From Candidatus Moraniibacteriota bacterium (GTDB taxonomy: Bacteria > Patescibacteriota > Minisyncoccia > Moranbacterales > UBA1568), in the NCBI GenBank assembly GCA_043743535.1, contig JAYTWI010000021.1, positions 1 to 24,000 on the forward strand: 24,000 nucleotides of DNA, in the 5' to 3' direction. The notes beneath the pieces were generated by a model. The model was not told where the DNA came from and made no database searches. It worked only from the letters and a program-made list of their open reading frames with translations. Both the position numbers and the translations under genes were made by a program. This document shows positions 16,127 to 24,000 of the stretch, in pieces (the stretch's first letter is position 1; every line of letters begins with the position of its first letter).

Positions 16127-16606
16127 ATGATCACACACGCGTACATTGATGGGGCTAACCTGCACAAAGGCGTGCAAGGACTGGGGTGGGAGCTAGATTA
16201 TGCACGTTTTTTTGTGTGGTTACGGGAGAAATATCATATTGAGCGAGCCTATCTTTTTATCGGACTGGTTGTCAAAAACAAAAACTTGTACACTAAGCTC
16301 CAGGAAGCTGGCTATACTTTGGTGTATAAAGAAATTACTTATGACGGCACTGGTAAGGTGAAAGGGAATTGTGATGCAGACTTGGTTCTAAAGGTGACGA
16401 GGGATTTCTATGAGAAGCATTTTGGCCAGGCGGTGCTGGTATCGAGTGACGGGGACTACGCCGGGCTGGTGCAGTTTCTCAAAGAGCAGCACGCTTTCCG
16501 CACGATAGTCTCGCCCAGCAATAATTGTTCTTTTTTACTCCGCAAACTGAATATCCCGATAGTGTATCTTGATACCAAAAGGGGTATTCTGAAGAAGCGA
16601 CCATAA
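16127..16606 (+). CDS. NYN domain-containing protein (LabA/DUF88-like)
   Basis: AYIDGANLHKGV, GNCDADLVLKVTRDFYEKHFGQAVLVSSDGDYAGLVQFLKE. Confidence 0.8.
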   Translation: MITHAYIDGANLHKGVQGLGWELDYARFFVWLREKYHIERAYLFIGLVVKNKNLYTKLQEAGYTLVYKEITYDGTGKVKGNCDADLVLKVTRDFYEKHFGQAVLVSSDGDYAGLVQFLKEQHAFRTIVSPSNNCSFLLRKLNIPIVYLDTKRGILKKRP

Positions 16607-16706
16607 AAAGAAAAAGCCCCCAACGGGGACGAACCTCGCCAGGGTCTTTCTCATAGTGATGCCCTTATTATACTCCTTATTATCATTAGCGTCAAGTATA
16701 AAATAT

Positions 16707-19628
16707 ATGTTCAAAAAAGTTGATGCCAAGGTGAGTTTTCCCAAAATGGAGGAGGAGATCCTCCGGTTTTGGAATGAACAAAATATTTTTCAGAAGTCCA
16801 TCGTAGGGCGGCCGGCGGACAAGCCGTATAGTTTCTATGATGGCCCGCCTTTTGCTACCGGGACGCCGCACTATGGGCACCTCGTGGCGAGCGCCATCAA
16901 AGACACCGTGCCCCGCTATTTCACGATGAAGGGTTACCGAGTGGAGCGCAAATGGGGCTGGGACTGTCACGGTCTGCCGATCGAGAATATTGCCGAAAAA
17001 GAACTGGGCATTTCACACAAGAAGGAAATTATCGAGATGGGCATAGCCAAGTTCAACGAAGTTTGCCGTTCTAAAGTTTTGGAATATGTGGCCGAATGGA
17101 AAAAAGTGATGGGTCGTTTCGGACGCTTCGCTGATATGGAGCATGCCTACGCTACGATGGACAAAAGCTATATGGAGAGTGTGTGGTGGGTGTTCAAAGA
17201 ATTGTGGGATCGGGGATTGGTCTACGAAAGTTATCGCACCATGCATATCTGTCCGCGTTGCGAGACGACACTGTCGCAGTCGGAAGTAGCTGAAGGGTAC
17301 AAAGACGTGAAGGATTTGGCGGTGACAGTCAAGTTTGAGCTGGTGGATGAACCTGGTACTTTTGTGCTGGCCTGGACGACCACGCCGTGGACTCTGCCGG
17401 GCAATGTCGCCTTGGCAGTGAACAAGGATGTTACCTATGTCATGATTGAAAAGAAAGATGGTGGAGTTGGTGAGTTGGTGCGGTTCATTGTGGCCAAGGA
17501 TCTTCTCAAGAATATTTTTGGCGAAGAAGGGTACGAAGTCATAGAGGAATACAAGGGAGCTAAGCTGGTTGGAAAGGCCTACAAACCACTCTTTGACTAC
17601 TACGCTAAGGATGAGAAATTAGAAAACCGCGAAAATGGTTGGAAGATTTATCATGCGGACTTTGTCACGACGGACATGGGCACGGGCATCGCCCATGAAG
17701 CGCCAGCTTTTGGTGAAGATGATATGCAACTGGGCAAGGCTAATGACTTGCCATGGGTACAGCACGTCAATATGGACGGCACGATGAAAGCGGAAGTGAC
17801 GGACTTTGCTGGGAGGGCAGTGAAATCTCAAGAAGACCCACAGGCGATGGACGTGGAGATTATCAAGTATCTGGCCAAAGCTGGGACACTTTTTGCCAAG
17901 GAAAAATATGAACACAGCTACCCGCATTGTTGGCGCTGTGATACCCCGCTTCTCAATTACGCTACTTCGTCGTGGTTTGTGAAGGTGACGGATATTAAAC
18001 CCAAGATGTTGGAACTGGCCAAGAATATCAACTGGTCGCCAGCGCATATCAAGGAGGGGCGATGGGGCAAGTGGCTGGAAGGTGCGCGGGACTGGTCTAT
18101 CAGTCGCCAGCGTTACTGGGCCTCGGTGATGCCAATATGGAAATGTGTGTGCGGTGAAATGAGAGTCTTTGGATCGGTAGCGGAACTGGAGGAGGCGAGT
18201 GGCCAGAAAGTGGAGGATTTGCACAAACATATTGTCGATCAAGTGACCGTGCCCTGTGCCAAGTGTGGCGAGACGATGAAACGTATTCCCGATGTGCTCG
18301 ATACCTGGTTTGATTCGGGCTCGATGCCGTATGCACAGGACCATTATCCTTTTGAGAACAAGGAGAAATTTGAGAAAACTTTTCCGGCCAATTTCATCGC
18401 CGAGGGAGTGGATCAAACCCGCGCCTGGTTTTACTACCAGCATGTCATCGGGACGGCCATCAAAGAGAGCAATGCTTTCCAGAATGTGGTGGTGAACGGT
18501 ATTGTGCTAGCGGAAGATGGCAAGAAGATGTCCAAGCGCCTCAAAAATTATCCTGACCCGATGGAAGTGATCAATAAGTATGGGGCGGATGCTCTTCGGC
18601 TGTATCTCCTTTCTTCACCCATCGTAGCGGCCGAGAACCTGAACTTTTCCGAACGAGAACTGGGGGAAATGTCACGCAATGTTTTCCGTATGCTGTGGAA
18701 TTCTTACTCATTTTTCGTTACCTACGCCAATATTGACAACTGGTCACCGAAAGAAAATGCTATCCCCTCGATCAATCTTTTGGATCGCTGGTTGCTTGCG
18801 GAGTTGCAGCTGTTGATAGCGGAGGTGGATGAAGCGATGAGTCACTACGAATTGAACCGTGCTACACGGGCTATTACCCCCTTCGTCGATAATCTCTCCA
18901 ACTGGTACATAAGGCGTAGTCGGAAGCGTTTCTGGAAGAGCGAAGACGACAGCGACAAAGAGCAGGCCTACCAAACGCTCTATACCGTTTTGGTTACTCT
19001 CTCCAAAGTGATGGCACCGTTTACGCCGTTTTTGGCTGAGGAAATTTACAAGAATCTCACTCAAGAGGAATCAGTACACTTAGCTGATTGGCCAGAAGCA
19101 GATAAAGATTTGATTGATGAAGAGTTGAGTCGACAGATGTCACTGGTTCGTGAATTAGTTAATGCTGGCTTACAACAAAGGGCAATTAATAAAATTAAAG
19201 TTCGACAACCACTACTTGATATAAGATGTGGAGAAAAATATAAAGAACTTTTTGAGCAAGGAGACCTATACTTTAAGTACATTGTTACAGAAGAACTGAA
19301 TATCGAAGGATTAAATCTGGATGGCAATCTTTCTAATGAGGAAATTGTGCTTAATACGGAAATTACTCCCGAGCTCAAACTGGAAGGCGAGGCACGGGAA
19401 ATCATCCGGGCGATCCAAGAGGGGCGGAAAAAGGCCGGTTTCAAGGTAGAAGACCGCATAACTTTGGGCTACCGTGGGAAAGAAAATGTGTTCGATAGAT
19501 TCCAAGAGATGATCGCTCATGAAGTCTTAGCGACGACTGTTGTACGAGGAACAATGTCTGATGCCGAATATTCTGAAACAGCTCGGATTGAAGGAGAAGA
19601 ATTTCTTTTCTCTTTGAGGAAGGTTTAA
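16707..19628 (+). CDS. ileS: isoleucine--tRNA ligase
   Basis: YSFYDGPPFATGTPHYGHLVASAIKD, MKGYRVERKWGWDCHGLPIENIAEKELG, DTWFDSGSMPYAQDHYPFE, GKKMSKRLKNYPDP. Confidence 0.97.
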   Translation: MFKKVDAKVSFPKMEEEILRFWNEQNIFQKSIVGRPADKPYSFYDGPPFATGTPHYGHLVASAIKDTVPRYFTMKGYRVERKWGWDCHGLPIENIAEKELGISHKKEIIEMGIAKFNEVCRSKVLEYVAEWKKVMGRFGRFADMEHAYATMDKSYMESVWWVFKELWDRGLVYESYRTMHICPRCETTLSQSEVAEGYKDVKDLAVTVKFELVDEPGTFVLAWTTTPWTLPGNVALAVNKDVTYVMIEKKDGGVGELVRFIVAKDLLKNIFGEEGYEVIEEYKGAKLVGKAYKPLFDYYAKDEKLENRENGWKIYHADFVTTDMGTGIAHEAPAFGEDDMQLGKANDLPWVQHVNMDGTMKAEVTDFAGRAVKSQEDPQAMDVEIIKYLAKAGTLFAKEKYEHSYPHCWRCDTPLLNYATSSWFVKVTDIKPKMLELAKNINWSPAHIKEGRWGKWLEGARDWSISRQRYWASVMPIWKCVCGEMRVFGSVAELEEASGQKVEDLHKHIVDQVTVPCAKCGETMKRIPDVLDTWFDSGSMPYAQDHYPFENKEKFEKTFPANFIAEGVDQTRAWFYYQHVIGTAIKESNAFQNVVVNGIVLAEDGKKMSKRLKNYPDPMEVINKYGADALRLYLLSSPIVAAENLNFSERELGEMSRNVFRMLWNSYSFFVTYANIDNWSPKENAIPSINLLDRWLLAELQLLIAEVDEAMSHYELNRATRAITPFVDNLSNWYIRRSRKRFWKSEDDSDKEQAYQTLYTVLVTLSKVMAPFTPFLAEEIYKNLTQEESVHLADWPEADKDLIDEELSRQMSLVRELVNAGLQQRAINKIKVRQPLLDIRCGEKYKELFEQGDLYFKYIVTEELNIEGLNLDGNLSNEEIVLNTEITPELKLEGEAREIIRAIQEGRKKAGFKVEDRITLGYRGKENVFDRFQEMIAHEVLATTVVRGTMSDAEYSETARIEGEEFLFSLRKV

Positions 19629-19631
19629 GAA

Positions 19632-20354
19632 ATGGAACTGCGCTATAATGCTATCGTGCTGAGAAAGAAAGAAGTGGGCGAGATGGATCGGCTGTATACT
19701 TTGTATACCGATACAGGTGGGAAATTGCAGGTGGTGGCCAAGGGGGTGCGCAAACCGGAAGCCAAACTGGCGGGGCAATTGGAGAACCTGACGCTTGTCC
19801 AGATCATCATCGCCAAAGGGCGCGGGGCGGGGCGAATTGCCGGGGCGGTGGCGGAGGAGAGTTTTCTTTTTGTGCGCCAGGAGCTTGATATCTACAAAAG
19901 GGTACTAGAGACGGTCAATATTTTTGAGCGCTTGGTAGGCTTCGAAGAAAAAGATGGAGCGCTCTTTGATCTGCTCGTCTTGTATCTGACCCTAGCCAAT
20001 GATTTGGCGCGTGAGCAAAAGAAGGAGAAACTACTGCTCCTTACCGAGGGGTTTTTGTTTCAGTTGTTCGCTCATCTAGGCTATGAGATCGAGACGGGGC
20101 TGTGTGCGGTGTCGGGGAAAAAGTTGGCCAAGGGCGACAAACATTTCTTTAGTCCCAGTGCAGGCGGGATGCTGCGCGGGGAACACAGTCATATGGCGGA
20201 AGGAGCCTTCCCTATCAGTGAGAATGCCATCAAACTCATTCGGTTATTTCTCCATAACAAATTGGAAGCCTTGCCAAAGATTGCGGTGCAAGCGAATGAA
20301 CTGCGGGAAACGCGTCAGGTAGCGACACGTTTTTTTCAGTGGATTGAAGGGTAA
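19632..20354 (+). CDS. recO: DNA repair protein RecO
   Basis: MELRYNAIVLRKKEVGEMDRLYTLYTDTGGKLQVVAKGVRKPEAKLAGQLE; RecO-like length and C-terminus. Confidence 0.85.
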   Translation: MELRYNAIVLRKKEVGEMDRLYTLYTDTGGKLQVVAKGVRKPEAKLAGQLENLTLVQIIIAKGRGAGRIAGAVAEESFLFVRQELDIYKRVLETVNIFERLVGFEEKDGALFDLLVLYLTLANDLAREQKKEKLLLLTEGFLFQLFAHLGYEIETGLCAVSGKKLAKGDKHFFSPSAGGMLRGEHSHMAEGAFPISENAIKLIRLFLHNKLEALPKIAVQANELRETRQVATRFFQWIEG

Positions 20355-20419
20355 AAACCAGAGAAAATTCCTTTCAGAAAGGAAAAGTGATAAAATAGAA
20401 GTACAAAATAAAATATACT

Positions 20420-22366
20420 ATGAGTTTGGAAGAACTGAACGATTCTTTGCATAGTCGCGATACTCATCTGGATCGCGCGCGCCAGACGGTTTCGTACGAG
20501 CCGGGAGGCCAGGAAAGAAACAACGCGCTCGATAATAAAGTGGAGGCTTTTCGTCATACCGAAACGTGGCAACCGGCTAGTGAAGAGGCTTCTCAATTAT
20601 CATCTCAAGGTGTCACGCTCGAAGCTAGAGCCTCTCACCATAAGCGTAAGCAGTGGTTGTTTTTCGTCGGTGGGCTGACTCTCCTTTTGCTCGTCGGTGG
20701 GCTGATTTACAAATTACGCTTGCCAGTGTTTAGTGATCAGAAAGTTGACATTCAGATTTCTGGTCCGCGCGACGTGGCTAGTGCCGAGCCTACCACCTTC
20801 ACCTTCACTTTCACCAACAACAACTTGATCGCCCTCAACAACACGATTCTGACCATCAATTATCCGGAAACGTTTCATCCGGAAGCGAGTACGACAGTAA
20901 AGCCCAACGCCACTTGGGTAGAGATCCCGCTTGCTACGCTTGCCATTCATTCTCAGAATAAAGTTACTTTGTCCGGAAAGTTCTATGGCTCCAAGGGTGA
21001 TCAGGTCATTATGCGGGCGACCCTTCGTTACACGCCGGACAAGGTGACAAGTATTCTCGAGAAGGAAACACGTATTACAGTCAACATCGCCTCCTCGCCA
21101 CTGTCTTTGGAAATTGAAGCGCCGCAGGAACTGGCAACCGGTCAGAATGTTGACTACGTTATTTCGTATAACAACACGGGAGACGTCAGTTTTTCCAATC
21201 TGCGGATTGAGGCTGTCTACCCAGCGGGCTTCGAGTTTTTGGAGGCAGATCCGCGGGCGACGGGTGGTAACGCTGTCTGGCGTATCGATGAGCTCGCTGC
21301 ACATAGCACGGGCAAGATCATTGTCCATGGTACGCTCACTGGTATACGAGATGAGCGGAAATCAGTGAGCGCCAAGATTGGCTTTTTGCAGGGGGATGGC
21401 AACTTCCTCTCGTACAGCGATAACGAGCGCAAAACAGCGATTGTCGCTTCACCGCTTTCTATTCGGCAAACCATCAATGGCTTGACCGATGCAAATGTTG
21501 GGTTGGGGGATTTCCTCGACTATGTAGTGCAGTACAAGAACGAAGGAGATATCGGACTGCGCGGGGCAGTTGTGACGGTGGAAATTAGCTCGCCCTATCT
21601 TGATTTTACGAAACTCAGTCTCAATCCCAAGGGGTCGTATGATCAGGCGCGTAATATGATGACCTGGAAAGCATCTGATGTCTCTGATCTGAAGCGGCTT
21701 GAGCCGGGGCAGGGTGGATCCGTTTCTTTTTCGTTGCCTATTGTTTCCGTGGTGGGAAATAATCAGAAAAATGAACGCGCGCCAGTTATTCGCTCGGTAG
21801 CCCGCATAGACAGTCCAGATATCCCGTCATCGCTCGGTTCTAATAAAATCATCGCGAGTAACATCATTGTGGCTAAGGTAAATACCTCGGTGGACGCCAC
21901 GCTTACAGGATTTTATGATGATGCGACACTCCCCAACACCGGACCTCTCCCACCGATAGTGGGACTAGAGACGAGCTATACGTTTCATCTGTCTCTGCAC
22001 AATACTTCGAGTGATATCGTAAGCACCCAAGTGAATATTTCGCTGCCGTCGGGTGTGCGCTATAGTGGCCAGTTTTCGCCCGCCCGGGAAAAAATACATT
22101 TCGATTCCCAGACCAATGAGCTGACCTGGGATGTCGAGACGTTCGGTGCCGGTAGTAGCCGTGAACTCATCTTTCAAGTGGCCGCCACCCCCAGTCTGAT
22201 CGATGTCGGAAAAGATTTGCAGCTGGTAAAATTGTTTGTTTTGAGTGGTAAGGATACAGCTACCGGGAAAGCGATTCGCCTTGAAAAAACTGGCAGAACG
22301 AGTAGTATGCTGAAAGACCCTAGAATCGGTACCGGCGGAGGGACGGTAGAGCCAGCAAATAATTGA
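20420..22366 (+). CDS. large single-TM surface protein with DUF11/CARDB-like beta-sandwich repeats (648 aa)
   Basis: TM segment WLFFVGGLTLLLLVGGLIYKL followed by repeated Ig-like patterns (FTFTNNNLIALNNTILTINYPETF; YVISYNNTGDVSFSNLRIEAVYPAGF; YVVQYKNEGDIGLRGAVVTVEI). Confidence 0.7.
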   Translation: MSLEELNDSLHSRDTHLDRARQTVSYEPGGQERNNALDNKVEAFRHTETWQPASEEASQLSSQGVTLEARASHHKRKQWLFFVGGLTLLLLVGGLIYKLRLPVFSDQKVDIQISGPRDVASAEPTTFTFTFTNNNLIALNNTILTINYPETFHPEASTTVKPNATWVEIPLATLAIHSQNKVTLSGKFYGSKGDQVIMRATLRYTPDKVTSILEKETRITVNIASSPLSLEIEAPQELATGQNVDYVISYNNTGDVSFSNLRIEAVYPAGFEFLEADPRATGGNAVWRIDELAAHSTGKIIVHGTLTGIRDERKSVSAKIGFLQGDGNFLSYSDNERKTAIVASPLSIRQTINGLTDANVGLGDFLDYVVQYKNEGDIGLRGAVVTVEISSPYLDFTKLSLNPKGSYDQARNMMTWKASDVSDLKRLEPGQGGSVSFSLPIVSVVGNNQKNERAPVIRSVARIDSPDIPSSLGSNKIIASNIIVAKVNTSVDATLTGFYDDATLPNTGPLPPIVGLETSYTFHLSLHNTSSDIVSTQVNISLPSGVRYSGQFSPAREKIHFDSQTNELTWDVETFGAGSSRELIFQVAATPSLIDVGKDLQLVKLFVLSGKDTATGKAIRLEKTGRTSSMLKDPRIGTGGGTVEPANN

Positions 22367-22369
22367 ATT

Positions 22370-23485
22370 ATGGCTTTTGTTTACACAACGAGAAATGATG
22401 GCAGCCGGATCGGGCAGCTAGCCACCAGAAAAGGGAGTATCGCTACTCCCTTTTTCATGCCGGATGCTACCCGTGCTTCCGTACGGGGACTGGCCACAGC
22501 CGAGCTAGAAGGAGTAGGAGTCGAGGCCTTGGTCGTCAATACGTATCATTTGTTTTTGCAACCAGGCGAAGCTTTGATTAGGACGGCGGGCGATATCCAT
22601 ACCTTTATGGATTGGCCACATCCGGTACTGTCTGATTCAGGAGGGTATCAGATCTATTCGCTCATCCACAAGCACCCAGAAATGGGACGGATCACGGAAG
22701 AAGGAGCGGAATTCAAATCGGTGCTCGATGGTTCGAAGCATATGCTGACGCCGGAACGTTCTATTCAGATTCAGTTTGACTTGGGTGTTGATATGATGGT
22801 AGTGCTCGATGATCCACGCCCCAATGACGCTCCGGAAAAAGATATTGCGGAGGCAGTGGAACGAACCATTCGCTGGGCCAAGCGCTGCAGAGAAGAATAC
22901 GACCGGCAAGTAGCCGCGCGTGGTTTGACGGAAGAAACACGGCCGCTTCTCTTTGGGGTGGTACAGGGCGGGATGGTCAAGGAGTTGCGCAAACGTTGTA
23001 TCGACGGTCTTGTGGCATTTGATTTTGATGGTTATGGTTTCGGGGCTCGTCATGTGGATATAGAAGGACAATTTCTGGAAGAGATCATGCGCTACACAGC
23101 CGCCATTATTCCCGAAGACAAGATCCGCTTTGCCCTGGGGGTGGGGACGCCCGATGACATCGTACGTTGTCATGCTCTAGGCTGGGATATGTTTGACTGC
23201 GTTATTCCGACGCGCGAAGGCAGGCATGGTCGTTTGTTCGTTATGAAAGATGAACAGAAAATATCAAGGGGAGATTTTTACGAAACCATCAATATACATA
23301 ACGAGCAGTTCAAGGCAGACTTTACCCCGGTAGATATCAGTTGTGACTGTACGCTTTGCACACGCTATACCAAAAGCTATCTTCGCCACCTTTTTCGAGT
23401 AGGGGAACCATTGGCTCTCTGCTTGGCCTCCGAACACAACTTACGTTTCTATATCCGTGTTATGGCCAAGTTGCGCGCCACATAA
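22370..23485 (+). CDS. tgt: queuine/preQ1 tRNA-ribosyltransferase
   Basis: TPFFMPDATRASVRGL, LSDSGGYQIYSL, GVVQGG, LGVGTPDDIVRC, zinc site CDCTLCTRYTKSYLRHLF. Confidence 0.95.
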   Translation: MAFVYTTRNDGSRIGQLATRKGSIATPFFMPDATRASVRGLATAELEGVGVEALVVNTYHLFLQPGEALIRTAGDIHTFMDWPHPVLSDSGGYQIYSLIHKHPEMGRITEEGAEFKSVLDGSKHMLTPERSIQIQFDLGVDMMVVLDDPRPNDAPEKDIAEAVERTIRWAKRCREEYDRQVAARGLTEETRPLLFGVVQGGMVKELRKRCIDGLVAFDFDGYGFGARHVDIEGQFLEEIMRYTAAIIPEDKIRFALGVGTPDDIVRCHALGWDMFDCVIPTREGRHGRLFVMKDEQKISRGDFYETINIHNEQFKADFTPVDISCDCTLCTRYTKSYLRHLFRVGEPLALCLASEHNLRFYIRVMAKLRAT

Positions 23486-23497
23486 ACAAAGAGAAAT

Positions 23498-23530
23498 GAA
23501 AAAACGCGGTCGTAGTATTCTACGTTCGCG
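23498..23530 (-). terminator. terminator of the small Cys-rich gene
   Basis: Minus strand CGCGAACGTAG-AATA-CTACGACCGCG then TTTTTT. Confidence 0.7.
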
Positions 23531-23563
23531 CTTTGGATCTATCGCCAGCGATGTTCAGTCGTG

Positions 23564-23821
23564 CTATGAGCAGGAATCGACCACCTTGGAATCGATAAAT
23601 CGGTGGCCGCACTTTGGACAGTGACACTCTGCCTCGAACCTGCACATGTCGACATCGATGCAAATAGGGTGTTGCGAAACGACTTTGGCTCTAGTCTTGC
23701 ACTTTGTGCAGTGGGGATAGCCCAATTCCTCAAGTTCTTTCCAGAACTGAGCGAACCACCCACTGATTTGGTGGCCAAGTCTTTGCCCGGCGGTTAAGAC
23801 CTGGTCGAAAAGCTTTTTCAT
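23564..23821 (-). CDS. small zinc-ribbon-like hypothetical protein (85 aa)
   Basis: AAGGAG SD before ATG; MKKLFDQVLTAG...HCTKCKTRAKVV...CHCPKCGHRF. Confidence 0.65.
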   Translation of the reverse strand: MKKLFDQVLTAGQRLGHQISGWFAQFWKELEELGYPHCTKCKTRAKVVSQHPICIDVDMCRFEAECHCPKCGHRFIDSKVVDSCS

Positions 23822-24000
23822 GGCGGTCTCCTTGGTAGGGTAGTCAGCTCGTCTGGTGTTTATGTTCGCAATAAAAACAGTACCAACGGGTGGGAGCAAG
23901 TGGCGAACACCCGATCTCCCTTATCAGGGTCATTCTTTTGCAAATTGAACACTTCTTTGGCGTGTCTCGCCTCATTAGCCAGAAGACAAGGCCTCCCACG

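Noticed and set aside
16614-16650. CCCC-AAC-GGGG hairpin between the NYN gene and ileS as a terminator
   Set aside because: On the plus strand it is not followed by a T run. The T-rich side is on the minus strand, where no gene needs it. Possible attenuator, but unsupported.
16697-16709. TATAAA box only 5 bp before the ileS ATG, suggesting leaderless transcription
   Set aside because: No acceptable -35 element at proper spacing; cannot be separated from AT-rich background.
17619-18443. 274-aa minus-strand ORF
   Set aside because: Shadow ORF inside ileS with no recognisable motif.

Overview
Bacterial chromosomal window using standard stop codons. The many single-copy translation genes and short hypothetical proteins suggest a Patescibacteria/CPR-like lineage, but this is inference only. 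Recognisable genes are: a Nudix-like fragment; MOSC protein (-); an overlapping operon of EamA transporter, membrane-anchored glycosidase, TrmH/SpoU methyltransferase, HAD hydrolase and a 36-aa sORF; VanZ-like; SIMPL-domain protein; rplT, rpmI and infC (-); tmRNA (ssrA, -); smpB (-); trhO/yceA-like; argS; histidine phosphatase; NYN-domain protein; ileS; recO; a large DUF11-like surface protein; tgt; and a small Cys-rich protein (-). The most unusual part is about 9.40-11.66 kb. A consensus sigma70-type promoter is followed by a structured leader, an unknown 332-aa ORF, a complete type III hammerhead ribozyme, a second copy of the structured leader, an unknown exported 182-aa ORF, and a terminator. 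The two leaders share 59 identical nt, and each places a GAGGAG Shine-Dalgarno inside a long hairpin. A second highlight is a probable isoleucine T-box leader (ATC specifier, GAGGTGGTACCACG core) upstream of NYN-ileS. A 14-nt reverse-complement copy of its core lies about 320 nt upstream. The tmRNA (8422-8823, -) encodes a long predicted tag, ANFITKAKNAFAQAFAPSFALALA.
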